Virus record (IMG/VR): IMGVR_UViG_3300038406_000091
Location: 1 to 42,387 of that record
DNA: 42,387 bases
From: a virus
Strand: one strand, 5' to 3'
In this document: one piece after another, positions 1 through 7,127 of the stretch
Layout: every line of letters begins with the position of its first letter
Numbering within the stretch: position 1 is the first letter of the stretch
Program-made: the position numbers and the translations under genes
Notes under the pieces: generated by a model
The model's database searches: none
Told to the model about the DNA's origin: nothing
Seen by the model: the letters and a program-made list of their open reading frames with translations, nothing else

Positions 1-127
1 GTCGAGCAGTGTCTTGGCGCCCGTTTCCTTGACCAGTCGTTCGATTTCCTTGAGGGACGATTTGACGGAGAAGCCCTTGAACTTCCCCGCCTCGTGAAGC
101 GCCCTATACTCCTGACGATATTTCACG
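1..127. repeat. Terminal direct repeat, copy 1 (identical to 42261..42387); marks circular closure or terminal redundancy
   Basis: Read base by base: gtcgagcagtgtcttggcgcc...cctgacgatatttcacg occurs at both ends of the window. Confidence 0.95.
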
Positions 128-820
128 CTTGCGACGACCTTTGTAGTGGGTCATGTACTCGCCGAGGACCGATCTCGCGAAGACGTCCAGTTCTTCGAGG
201 GTCATCTCGCGCTTGACCTTGAAGAACGGCGACAAGTTGTTCCCGGAGGTGTTAACCCGCGCCCAATCGAATATTTCGCAGTCGTGCCAGCGTTCTAGGG
301 TCAGGAAAATTCCCTTCCGCAGGCAGTTGATGTAGCGGTCCAGGAATTCGGGAAAGTCTTTGTGCTCGGTATCGAACCCCAGAAACCCGGTTTCGGTGTA
401 GAACTTCGACCGGCCGAGGTATGACAGGGCCTTTCCGTCGAAAAGGCTCTCTAACCATTCTTCGGTGATGGGTTTGGTCGTTTCCACGTCGGCGTCCAGC
501 CAAAAAACCTTGCCTTTGTGGTCTTTCAGCACATCCCACTGGGCAAAAATCTTGCGGGTGAACTTCCAGGCGTTCTTGTTGTAGTCGTACCCACCGTCAA
601 CCAGGCCATTCGTGCCGGGAATCGACTTGAGGTAGGTGTAAAAGGCCGGAACAGGGCCGATCTCGAAGAAATTCCGGTATTCGATCTTCTCGTGCTCAAA
701 ATCCGGCGGGGATTCGTAGTAAACGACAAGTTTCCCGGGCCAGTATTTGACGAAAGACTCTAAACAATTGCGCCCGTACTCTTCGTAGCCGGACTTAGAG
801 AACGACGTGACGACGATCAT
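104..820 (-). CDS. Putative nucleotide-diphospho-sugar (GT-A type) glycosyltransferase
   Basis: 238 aa. Has the DxD-like motif 'FWLDADV'. ATG overlaps the upstream stop (ATGA). Its 3' end overlaps the GTG start of the methyltransferase gene across the junction. Confidence 0.5.
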   Translation of the reverse strand: MIVVTSFSKSGYEEYGRNCLESFVKYWPGKLVVYYESPPDFEHEKIEYRNFFEIGPVPAFYTYLKSIPGTNGLVDGGYDYNKNAWKFTRKIFAQWDVLKDHKGKVFWLDADVETTKPITEEWLESLFDGKALSYLGRSKFYTETGFLGFDTEHKDFPEFLDRYINCLRKGIFLTLERWHDCEIFDWARVNTSGNNLSPFFKVKREMTLEELDVFARSVLGEYMTHYKGRRKREISSGV

Positions 821-1407
821 TCTTGCTCTACGTCGTCTATCGACACGATCTGGGTGTCGTAAGTCTTCTCGATCGTCCGCAGAAGGACGTTTTCGGCCTT
901 CCAGTCGTGGAGAGAAGGACCAACCCCGGTTCGATGGATAGCGTCGTTCCGGGTAAATTCCACATCCGGGTTCAGCAGGGTGTCGAATCCCGCTAAAACG
1001 ATCAGCTCGGGCTCGTAGTAATGGGCTGCAATCGCAATTGCCGCGAGGCCGGTTGAGACGTTTTGGTGACTTGGCTCCAGTTCCCGGAACTTGCCGTTCC
1101 AGTGATTACAAAGATCGAGCGGGATCATGAAAGGAGCGCCCCGCTTTGCGACCACGTCGAAGGTTCTCACCTCGTCGTAATGGCCGTTTTTTGGGTAGAA
1201 CCAGTACTGTCCGGCGATCACGTTGAAAACGAGCCCAGGAACCTCGGTGGACATGCACAAGGCATCCGCGCGGGAGCCGTAATCCGCTGTTCCCAGAACG
1301 GAAGCACAGCCCTTTAAACGGACGACGATATCGAATTGGTCGATCTTCTCGCCCAGCTTCTTTCCCACGAGGGAGGGTCCGTGGCCTACAACACAAATTG
1401 CGCTCAT
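817..1407 (-). CDS. Sialyltransferase-like / Maf(DUF115)-like glycosyltransferase
   Basis: 196 aa. N-terminal 'ICVVGHGPSL...IDQFDIVVRLKG' resembles the GNGPSL...D(F/V)xRxN motif of GT42/GT29 sialyltransferases and motility-accessory-factor proteins. ATGA coupling at both ends. Confidence 0.45.
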   Translation of the reverse strand: MSAICVVGHGPSLVGKKLGEKIDQFDIVVRLKGCASVLGTADYGSRADALCMSTEVPGLVFNVIAGQYWFYPKNGHYDEVRTFDVVAKRGAPFMIPLDLCNHWNGKFRELEPSHQNVSTGLAAIAIAAHYYEPELIVLAGFDTLLNPDVEFTRNDAIHRTGVGPSLHDWKAENVLLRTIEKTYDTQIVSIDDVEQE

Positions 1408-1670
1408 GCGGGTCCTATTAGGTGCTCGATCAGTTCGATAATCGGCTTGATCTCTTTCCGGAGTTCGGGGAATCGCTCGAACACCCGGTGGAGTTGGAAG
1501 AACAGGGTTTGTAGGTCGTCAATCGCGTACTGCATGCCCCGCTCGGGGCTGACCAAGAGACCCTGAAGGTTTTCCACGGTCTTGCTCAGCCTGGGTTCTA
1601 ATTCGGGGTAGTTGACCATGGCCGCAGTCAGTCGCCCGATCAGCTCCGATACTTCGTCGTTAACGGACAT
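1404..1670 (-). CDS. Hypothetical helical protein inside the glycan cassette
   Basis: ORF track 1404..1676 begins at a GTG. An ATG at 1670 gives an 11-nt overlap with the upstream gene. Confidence 0.45.
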   Translation of the reverse strand: MSVNDEVSELIGRLTAAMVNYPELEPRLSKTVENLQGLLVSPERGMQYAIDDLQTLFFQLHRVFERFPELRKEIKPIIELIEHLIGPA

Positions 1671-2649
1671 GGACACTCCCGTAGGGGATCATGGGTCCGC
1701 CCGTGCCGTAGTACCAAAGGGAGTTGTTAACCTCGCCTGTGCCTTTCGGCGGGCGGATGACTAGACATTCTTTCCCAATCGCGCCGCAGACGTGGGACAC
1801 GGTTTGGGTAACGGTGACGACCCGATCCAAGGCGGCGACCAGGTTGAATTGGTCGTTTAGGTCTTCCAGGGGATCAAGACCCAGATCAACCACGCCCTCG
1901 GGGAGTTTTTCCTCCCATTTCCCATCCGGCTGTTTCAGGTATTGCAGGTTGATGTAGGTCGCGTCCTCGGTCATCAAGGACTCGGGGTCTACTCGTCCAT
2001 GCCTCGCTCGCCAGGCGATACCGATCTTCGGTTTGTCCCCGAGCTCGGAAAGTCTCTGTTTCCAGTACTCGACCCGTTGTGGGTCGGGTTTCAGGTACGG
2101 CTTTCTCGGGAAGTGGCTCGGGTGTCTTCGGTAGAACATCAGCAAATCACCCAAGGCGACGACCGCGTCTCCGTCCGTGTAGTCGGACAGGTTTTTTCTC
2201 GGAAGACACTCGATCCGAAAAGACCGCTCCATGATCGGGATCAGCCGGGGGTAGGTGTGAAAGACAACCGCCTTATGCCCCAGCCGAACGATCAACTCAG
2301 GGATACAGGAGGCAAACAAGATTTCATCGCCTATTCCCTGCTCTCCCAGGACCAGAAGTCTGTCTACCTTCTGCCCCATCCATTTCGGGAGGGGGTTGGC
2401 ATACCCATTCCACCCCTGGAAGGTAACGGACCAGTCGCTTCTGTATTCCCAGCCGTCGTAGTTGTCGAACCTTCCCAGTCGCATTCTTGCCGCGCAGAGG
2501 TTCCACCGGAAGGAGGGTGGGAATAGCCGGTAGTCGATCTTGCCGTGCTTCTTGAGAACCCTCTTGATGTCTCGCTTGAGGAAGCGCTTTTCCTCGGCGG
2601 TGCACTCTGACTGGTTTATGACCTCGCAGAGTTCTGCGTATTCACTCAA
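1660..2649 (-). CDS. GT9/GT41-like (GT-B fold) glycosyltransferase
   Basis: 329 aa. 'LLVLGEQGIGDEILFASCIPEL' and 'IGIAWRA' match the heptosyltransferase-like domain that often follows TPR repeats in protein or flagellin glycosyltransferases. The start codon is TTG and overlaps the stop of the 55-aa ORF upstream. Confidence 0.5.
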   Translation of the reverse strand: MSEYAELCEVINQSECTAEEKRFLKRDIKRVLKKHGKIDYRLFPPSFRWNLCAARMRLGRFDNYDGWEYRSDWSVTFQGWNGYANPLPKWMGQKVDRLLVLGEQGIGDEILFASCIPELIVRLGHKAVVFHTYPRLIPIMERSFRIECLPRKNLSDYTDGDAVVALGDLLMFYRRHPSHFPRKPYLKPDPQRVEYWKQRLSELGDKPKIGIAWRARHGRVDPESLMTEDATYINLQYLKQPDGKWEEKLPEGVVDLGLDPLEDLNDQFNLVAALDRVVTVTQTVSHVCGAIGKECLVIRPPKGTGEVNNSLWYYGTGGPMIPYGSVHVR

Positions 2650-2809
2650 TGGGAACCTCTTCCCACTCGTATTCCTTCTGTCCCTGCTTCCTAGGCAGGC
2701 TCTGGAGGAAGCGTACCGTCCCCACGGGTTTCCCCTGTTCGTACCATATAAGGCCGTGTAGGGGCTTGGGATGGCTTAAATCGGCCTTCTCGATAAGGAT
2801 GCGGATCAT
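2642..2809 (-). CDS. Small ORF (55 aa), first gene of the glycan cassette; not in the ORF track
   Basis: Hand translation: MIRILIEKADLSHPKPLHGLIWYEQGKPVGTVRFLQSLPRKQGQKEYEWEEVPIE. Its stop overlaps the TTG start of the next gene. No obvious SD. Confidence 0.35.
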   Translation of the reverse strand: MIRILIEKADLSHPKPLHGLIWYEQGKPVGTVRFLQSLPRKQGQKEYEWEEVPIE

Positions 2810-2968
2810 CGGCTTTGGGCTCGAAAAATGTGGATGTGACTATTGTCTAGACCTCGGGACCGGAAGGGGGGTCGTACCCCTGGCCCTGGGGATTTTCCAG
2901 GATTATTTGCCTATTTACTGGCACAAATCTGCCACAGTGTGCGGCTAAGTGCTTGATTGATATGGGCT

Positions 2969-3042
2969 GACTACCTGGTTAGATATCAGGTAGTCTGGTT
3001 TCGTTGAGTTTTGAGAGAGAGTGAGGGGGCGAGGGACTACCT
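2969..3042. repeat. Three copies of GACTACCT: a 9-bp inverted pair (2969..2977 / 2987..2995) plus a direct copy (3035..3042)
   Basis: Read directly: gactacctg-gttagatat-caggtagtc, then gactacct overlapping the stop of ORF 3041..3235. Lies in a 230-nt non-coding gap. Confidence 0.7.
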
Positions 3043-3235
3043 ATTCTGCCTTGCTCAGCCCATCAATCAATGCCGCTATCTGGAGCTCGTGTAACGCTGA
3101 CTGTGTGTTGTCCCTGGTGTCGATCACTACTACCCACTCTCCGTCGTAGTCATTGCGATGGAGTACGTAGTGACCGAGCGTCATTGTCTGGTCCATTGCG
3201 CTCACCACTTCTCCGGGTCTTGTATCTGTGACCAC
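3041..3235 (-). CDS. Hypothetical protein (the start may be the internal ATG at 3196)
   Basis: 64-aa ORF in the late operon. The internal Met at 3196 has GGAGAAG upstream and removes the 34-nt overlap. Confidence 0.45.
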   Translation of the reverse strand: MVTDTRPGEVVSAMDQTMTLGHYVLHRNDYDGEWVVVIDTRDNTQSALHELQIAALIDGLSKAE

Positions 3236-3393
3236 TCCACCTGCCGCAACCTACCATCACTGCCTTGGTAGTAGGCTACTGGTGATATGTGAACGACCTT
3301 ATCCAAGAGTCTGGCGTATAGCGCGTTCTTCTCCCCCTCGCTCATATCCTCCACCATCTGCATGTAGCTGCCGTACAGTCTGGGCTGACTCAC
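3202..3393 (-). CDS. Hypothetical protein
   Basis: 63-aa ORF. ATGA-type overlap with the upstream gene. Confidence 0.5.
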   Translation of the reverse strand: MSQPRLYGSYMQMVEDMSEGEKNALYARLLDKVVHISPVAYYQGSDGRLRQVEWSQIQDPEKW

Positions 3394-3764
3394 TGTAGCG
3401 TCTCCGGTGCTGTGTGCTCGGGCATGAACTTGGCCTTCAGGATGTCTATCATCTCCTTGGGCAGCACCTTGGCGAGCTGGGCTAACAGGGCTTGAGGGTC
3501 GCTGTCCTCAGTGATCTCGGTGATCTCTGCGCTACTCAGTACTGGCATGGTCCTGTCTAGGAGGACTTGGGCGGCCTTGATCTGTGTGGCGGTCATCTTG
3601 CCTGGCTTTCTTACTTCGCCGGTTTCTAAGTCTTTGATTTCATTATCTGGGTCTTCACAGAGTACGTGACTCTCCAAGCGAGCAACGATCTTCTTTGTGT
3701 TGATCGTGTCCCTTATCTTCTCCCTGGTCTTGTTGGTCTGCCAGTTGCGTTTGCGGGCTGCCAC
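3390..3764 (-). CDS. Possible terminase small subunit
   Basis: 124 aa. Basic N-terminus followed by 'TATQIKAAQVLLDRTMP', which resembles small-terminase/gp3-like proteins. GTG start overlaps the upstream TAG. Separated from terL only by small ORFs and the glycan cassette. Confidence 0.35.
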   Translation of the reverse strand: MAARKRNWQTNKTREKIRDTINTKKIVARLESHVLCEDPDNEIKDLETGEVRKPGKMTATQIKAAQVLLDRTMPVLSSAEITEITEDSDPQALLAQLAKVLPKEMIDILKAKFMPEHTAPETLQ

Positions 3765-4000
3765 TACAGGTACTCTCGCTGTGCGTTGATTAGCTTCTGT
3801 ACGGCATCAGGGCTGGCAGGTATGGCGAGTCCATCGGGGCCTTCTTGGAAGCCGTTGCTTTGTAGCCAGGTGGCCCAATCGGGGGCGGCTTGGCCTGATT
3901 CCTGTGCGGCCATGTTGGCCTTCGTATACATCTCGCGGAGCATCTTGGTAAGACTTGCCGGGCCGCCTGCCATCGGATTCATTTGTGGTGCGGGGTTCAT
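3764..4000 (-). CDS. Hypothetical protein
   Basis: 78-aa ORF, coupled to its neighbours. Confidence 0.5.
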   Translation of the reverse strand: MNPAPQMNPMAGGPASLTKMLREMYTKANMAAQESGQAAPDWATWLQSNGFQEGPDGLAIPASPDAVQKLINAQREYL

Positions 4001-4335
4001 CTGAATGATCTCTCGTATCGGAGGCCATAACGTCTTTGGCCGTCGGTGTCTTGGGCGTTGAAGCCTAGGTTTCCCCCCAGGAGCGGCATTGATCCGTTGA
4101 TCTGCCAGTCTCCTGAGTACTTAACTTGGGTGTCGAGGTTTATCCCGCCTACCGGGCCTCTCAAGCCTATCCCGCGGGCTCCCATTGTGGCGGTGTAGGG
4201 TTGGGTCTCGTATACAAGCTTGCCGCGCTTAAGGGCGATCTTGGGCGTTATCTGCCAATTGCCCAAACTACTCAGCCTGAACCGCTCCTGGGGTGGCGCC
4301 AGCTCCGGCAATTGGTCCTCGTGGAATGGCATCAT
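3997..4335 (-). CDS. Hypothetical protein
   Basis: 112-aa ORF. ATGA overlap at both ends. Confidence 0.5.
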   Translation of the reverse strand: MMPFHEDQLPELAPPQERFRLSSLGNWQITPKIALKRGKLVYETQPYTATMGARGIGLRGPVGGINLDTQVKYSGDWQINGSMPLLGGNLGFNAQDTDGQRRYGLRYERSFR

Positions 4336-4511
4336 CGGTATTCCGCGACAAGGCCGGTCGGCTGGGGCTCTCCACGCTCCACCACGTTGCCGTCTCGATC
4401 GTAAACGGTCTTCATGCCCATGCCGACGTACTTGGTGCCGTCAAACTCAAGCCAGGAGCTGACCTCTACGCGGCCATAGAGCTGTTTGGCGATGATGTTA
4501 AGTTCGTCCAT
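4332..4511 (-). CDS. Small ORF (59 aa), not in the ORF track
   Basis: Hand translation: MDELNIIAKQLYGRVEVSSWLEFDGTKYVGMGMKTVYDRDGNVVERGEPQPTGLVAEYR. ATGA overlap with the downstream gene and TGATG overlap upstream. Confidence 0.45.
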   Translation of the reverse strand: MDELNIIAKQLYGRVEVSSWLEFDGTKYVGMGMKTVYDRDGNVVERGEPQPTGLVAEYR

Positions 4512-4636
4512 CAGTGTGTCCCCGGTGCCGCCTCGATCTCTTCTTCCTCTTCCCCGATGAAGAAGCCGACAACGTTTACACCTTCGGGGATGTCGATTTG
4601 TAGCTCAGTGTCGTCGTCGAGTTGGATGAAGAGCAT
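4511..4636 (-). CDS. Small acidic ORF (41 aa), not in the ORF track
   Basis: Hand translation: MLFIQLDDDTELQIDIPEGVNVVGFFIGEEEEEIEAAPGTH. GGGAG lies within the 12-bp palindrome GGGAGATCTCCC directly upstream of the ATG. Confidence 0.35.
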   Translation of the reverse strand: MLFIQLDDDTELQIDIPEGVNVVGFFIGEEEEEIEAAPGTH

Positions 4637-4657
4637 GGGAGATCTCCCGTGGAAGGA

Positions 4658-4742
4658 TGGCAGGCGAACCGGAATCGAACCGATGTCACAGCTCGTTGTT
4701 TAACGGGGCCCCAGCTGTACTCTGCCACTAAGCTATCGCCTG
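4658..4742 (-). tRNA. tRNA-like gene with normal acceptor, D and T arms but an aberrant, expanded anticodon arm
   Basis: Minus strand: CAGGCGA-TA-GCTT-AGTGGCA-GAGT-A-CAGCT-[GGGGCCCCGTTAAACAACG]-AGCTG-TGAC-ATCGG-TTCGATT-CCGGT-TCGCCTG-CCA. The T-loop (GGTTCGATTCC), the D-loop GG and a 7-bp acceptor stem are canonical. The 'anticodon loop' is 19 nt instead of 7. Confidence 0.5.
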
Positions 4743-4812
4743 CATAAAGGATTTGGCCCCACGCCCTCAGTCCCTTCAATCCGGTTAGTGTGCGGAGGCG
4801 GGAACGTGGGAC

Positions 4813-4850
4813 CAAAACAGAAAAGGCCCGGCCAGTTTCCTGGTCGAGCC
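4813..4850 (-). terminator. Rho-independent terminator downstream of the T5orf172 gene
   Basis: Minus strand: GGCTCGACCAG-GAAA-CTGGCCGGGCC (11-bp stem with one mismatch and one G-U pair) followed by TTTTCTGTTTT. Confidence 0.75.
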
Positions 4851-4871
4851 TTGGTGATCTTGCGTTACTGA

Positions 4872-5354
4872 CTAGACGCCAGCCGCGATTAGCTTTTTAG
4901 CGATACCGGGTACGTCCGCCTTCTCAGCCAGCTTGATTATGGCCAGGACTTCGCCCTCCTTCCTGAACCATTCTCCCTTGACGCCATAGCTGGCTAGGTA
5001 GGCGTGCAGCTTTTCCTCTACCCAGGCCGGTGCCGCGAAAGCGGTTATAAGATCCACCGGAACCGGGATACCTTGGCGAAGCTGGGACATGCGCTTCGTC
5101 AGGTTCCCTGTCATACCAATCTTGACCGCCCGCAGCTCCTTACATTCCACGATGTAGACAGTGGTGCTGGAGTGGAGTTCGTTTACAAGGGATTCCACCT
5201 TTCGGTGGTACAGCTTGCCCTTTTGTTTTGGCTTGGGGAGGTGCTGGTCGCAGTGCTTTTGCCCGGGCTCGGGATCTTTGAGGCAACCCGCCCGAATGCA
5301 GATGCGTGGGAGCGCATCGGTTAGGACACGATGAACCCTAGTTATTTGTGCCAC
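4872..5354 (-). CDS. T5orf172/MUG113-domain protein (GIY-YIG superfamily) with an N-terminal Cys/His cluster
   Basis: 160 aa. 'VYIVECKELRAVKIGMTGNLTKRMSQLRQG...GEWF' fits the T5orf172 pattern. The N-terminus has C-x4-C-x11-C-x2-H. GTG start. Confidence 0.6.
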   Translation of the reverse strand: MAQITRVHRVLTDALPRICIRAGCLKDPEPGQKHCDQHLPKPKQKGKLYHRKVESLVNELHSSTTVYIVECKELRAVKIGMTGNLTKRMSQLRQGIPVPVDLITAFAAPAWVEEKLHAYLASYGVKGEWFRKEGEVLAIIKLAEKADVPGIAKKLIAAGV

Positions 5355-5383
5355 AACCGATGCATACTTTTTTCATCGTGGTA

Positions 5384-5413
5384 ATTCTACCATGGGAATG
5401 GCTCACAAGTCAA
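5384..5413 (-). promoter_or_regulatory. Near-consensus sigma70-type promoter with extended -10 (candidate late promoter)
   Basis: Minus strand: TTGACT-18 nt-(TGG)TAGAAT. The -35 begins 3 nt after the stop codon of ORF 5417..5995. Confidence 0.65.
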
Positions 5414-5416
5414 GTC

Positions 5417-5995
5417 TCAGCTCGCTTCTTTTAGGGCGTCGGCCAAACTGGGGAAATCGCCCTCCCCGCGCAGCTGCCTCACCACTATAGAGACGTTGGC
5501 CACCCCTTCACTATCAAAGAGCTTCACCCGATCCAGGCAAACATCCTTCTTCTTGTCGTAGTCCCTGATCCAATTCTTGGTCGGCATTCCCATGTGGTGG
5601 GCATACGCATCCACCGGCATATCCTTCATGCGCCTGAGCCTCAGGCGGTAATCATCCACGGCGCACTTGCACAGGGCCTTGTGGCGCTCTATGGGGTGAA
5701 AGTCGATGAAGTTGTCCAGGTACACGTCGGAGGCCACGGTTTCGAGGTCGGATTGGTTGTTCTCTTCCCCGTAGGCGTATCTGAGCCAAGCCCGCACGGG
5801 CGCCCGTTGTGCGTTGATGGCGGCCAGAATCCAACCCACCTCCAGGAAATCCACGGTTGCCCAGGCGTTGGCCTTGAAGCTCCGCTCAATACGGCACTGA
5901 TAGCGCATCCATTCGAGCATACCCATTTCCGTCCTTTGTTGGTCGGCCCAGGTCAGGGCGTCGTGTATGCACTGGCGGACGGCGCCTATTTTCAT
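5417..5995 (-). CDS. Hypothetical protein; possible Q-like late antiterminator, mainly by position
   Basis: 192 aa. Last gene of the early operon and immediately followed by a strong promoter and later a terminator, which is the lambdoid Q-pR'-tR' layout. Sequence similarity to Q families is only a vague impression ('AWLRYAYGEE'). Confidence 0.35.
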   Translation of the reverse strand: MKIGAVRQCIHDALTWADQQRTEMGMLEWMRYQCRIERSFKANAWATVDFLEVGWILAAINAQRAPVRAWLRYAYGEENNQSDLETVASDVYLDNFIDFHPIERHKALCKCAVDDYRLRLRRMKDMPVDAYAHHMGMPTKNWIRDYDKKKDVCLDRVKLFDSEGVANVSIVVRQLRGEGDFPSLADALKEAS

Positions 5996-6015
5996 TTATT
6001 GGCTCTCCTGTTTGT

Positions 6016-6192
6016 TCACTTGCTCATCCACTCAATACGGAGTTGGACCTTGCCGCAGTTCTTGCACCGGCGTTCTTGCTCTATCCCGGTATTTTTCAGG
6101 TTGTTGAACGGCCCATATTTCTGCACCCTGTCGATGTCCTTCCATGGTGTCCACTCGTGGTTCCAGAAGCGGCACTTCTTTGTCTCGGACAT
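6016..6192 (-). CDS. Small Cys-containing ORF (58 aa), not in the ORF track
   Basis: Hand translation: MSETKKCRFWNHEWTPWKDIDRVQKYGPFNNLKNTGIEQERRCKNCGKVQLRIEWMSK. The same CAGGAGAGCCAATA(A/G)ATG initiation context precedes this ORF and the next gene. Confidence 0.45.
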   Translation of the reverse strand: MSETKKCRFWNHEWTPWKDIDRVQKYGPFNNLKNTGIEQERRCKNCGKVQLRIEWMSK

Positions 6193-6441
6193 CTATTGGC
6201 TCTCCTGGTCGGGGGCTAACAAAGCAGCCTGCAACTTCTGGGCGGCGGCACAGAACACAAGGTGCACGGTCGTTGATTCCGAATCCGGCCCCATGCCGAA
6301 TATCTCCAGCGTTTCCCCCATTACGGCAACGGCACAGCAACCGACTGGGCCGTACTTTCCGTCCTCAATGGCTGTTGCTAGTTCCCGCAGGGTTGTGACG
6401 GGATCGCGGTAGTTGCTTTCGTAAAGCGTGACCACCTTCAT
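6193..6441 (-). CDS. Hypothetical protein
   Basis: 82-aa ORF. TAGATG junctions on both sides. Confidence 0.55.
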   Translation of the reverse strand: MKVVTLYESNYRDPVTTLRELATAIEDGKYGPVGCCAVAVMGETLEIFGMGPDSESTTVHLVFCAAAQKLQAALLAPDQESQ

Positions 6442-6795
6442 CTAACACCCCTCCGATTCATGTAGTGGGCGGTGTTCGGGGTAGTCGGGGTTTAGGCCGT
6501 GGTCTGTGACTACCTCGTAGGTAGCAGCGAAGATGTCAGGCTTGCAGGGGTAAAATTCGCCTTTAATGCCCCTGATGATCCAGTCGCCGTGCTTTGCGGT
6601 GTGGTCGCCTTCCAGCGTGGGAATGGTCAACTCAATGTAAGGCCCGACCTCGCCACAATTGTCCGAGAAGGTATCCACGGAGCGCGCCGGGTTATCTGGT
6701 GAGATAAGGCCACCCATGAAGTCACACAGCTCGTTCCAGTTTGTCCACCGCAATTGAACTGCCTCTATCACTACCGGCTTTTTCCTGAATTTCAT
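6442..6795 (-). CDS. Hypothetical phage protein (N4 gp49 / Sf6 gp66-like impression)
   Basis: 117 aa. The 'MKFRKKPVVIEAVQ' N-terminus is typical of that small phage family as I recall it. Confidence 0.45.
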   Translation of the reverse strand: MKFRKKPVVIEAVQLRWTNWNELCDFMGGLISPDNPARSVDTFSDNCGEVGPYIELTIPTLEGDHTAKHGDWIIRGIKGEFYPCKPDIFAATYEVVTDHGLNPDYPEHRPLHESEGC

Positions 6796-7127
6796 TGCTC
6801 ACCACCAGTCGCATTGGCGACTAAAGTTGAATAACAGCTAGTCGTCTGGGCTCCTAAAACCCTGATTGCCTCGTCCACTGAGCGGACAACATGAACTGGG
6901 CCGCCCCACTTGGCGTGCCATTCCTGCTCGTCTTCGTTTAGCCGTTGCTTGCTCGGCGTCTTCTTGCCGTCCTTGACCTCAAGGAGGTAATTCACGCCAC
7001 GAAACGCAACCAGCAAATCGGGGCACCCCTTTCCAACTTCGTGGAGCGTCTGCACCGTGGCCCCGACCTTGCGGAGAGCGGCCACGATTTCTTTCTGATT
7101 GGCGTCAACCCGTTTCGGCACTCTCAC
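6792..7127 (-). CDS. PD-(D/E)xK nuclease, VRR-NUC-like
   Basis: 111 aa. 'NQKEIVAALRKVGATV...GCPDLLV...YLLEVK' gives the PD...(E)xK motif. GTG start. Confidence 0.6.
   Translation of the reverse strand: MRVPKRVDANQKEIVAALRKVGATVQTLHEVGKGCPDLLVAFRGVNYLLEVKDGKKTPSKQRLNEDEQEWHAKWGGPVHVVRSVDEAIRVLGAQTTSCYSTLVANATGGEQ

Noticed and set aside
2649-2948. 99-aa plus-strand ORF in the gap upstream of the glycan cassette
   Set aside because: Wrong strand for the operon, no RBS and odd composition. The minus-strand 55-aa frame (2642..2809), coupled to the next gene, explains part of the region better.
4743-4812. Possible dedicated promoter for the tRNA-like gene (TTGAAG ... CCAAAT)
   Set aside because: The spacing and the -10 match are poor. 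The element can be transcribed by read-through from 5384..5413.
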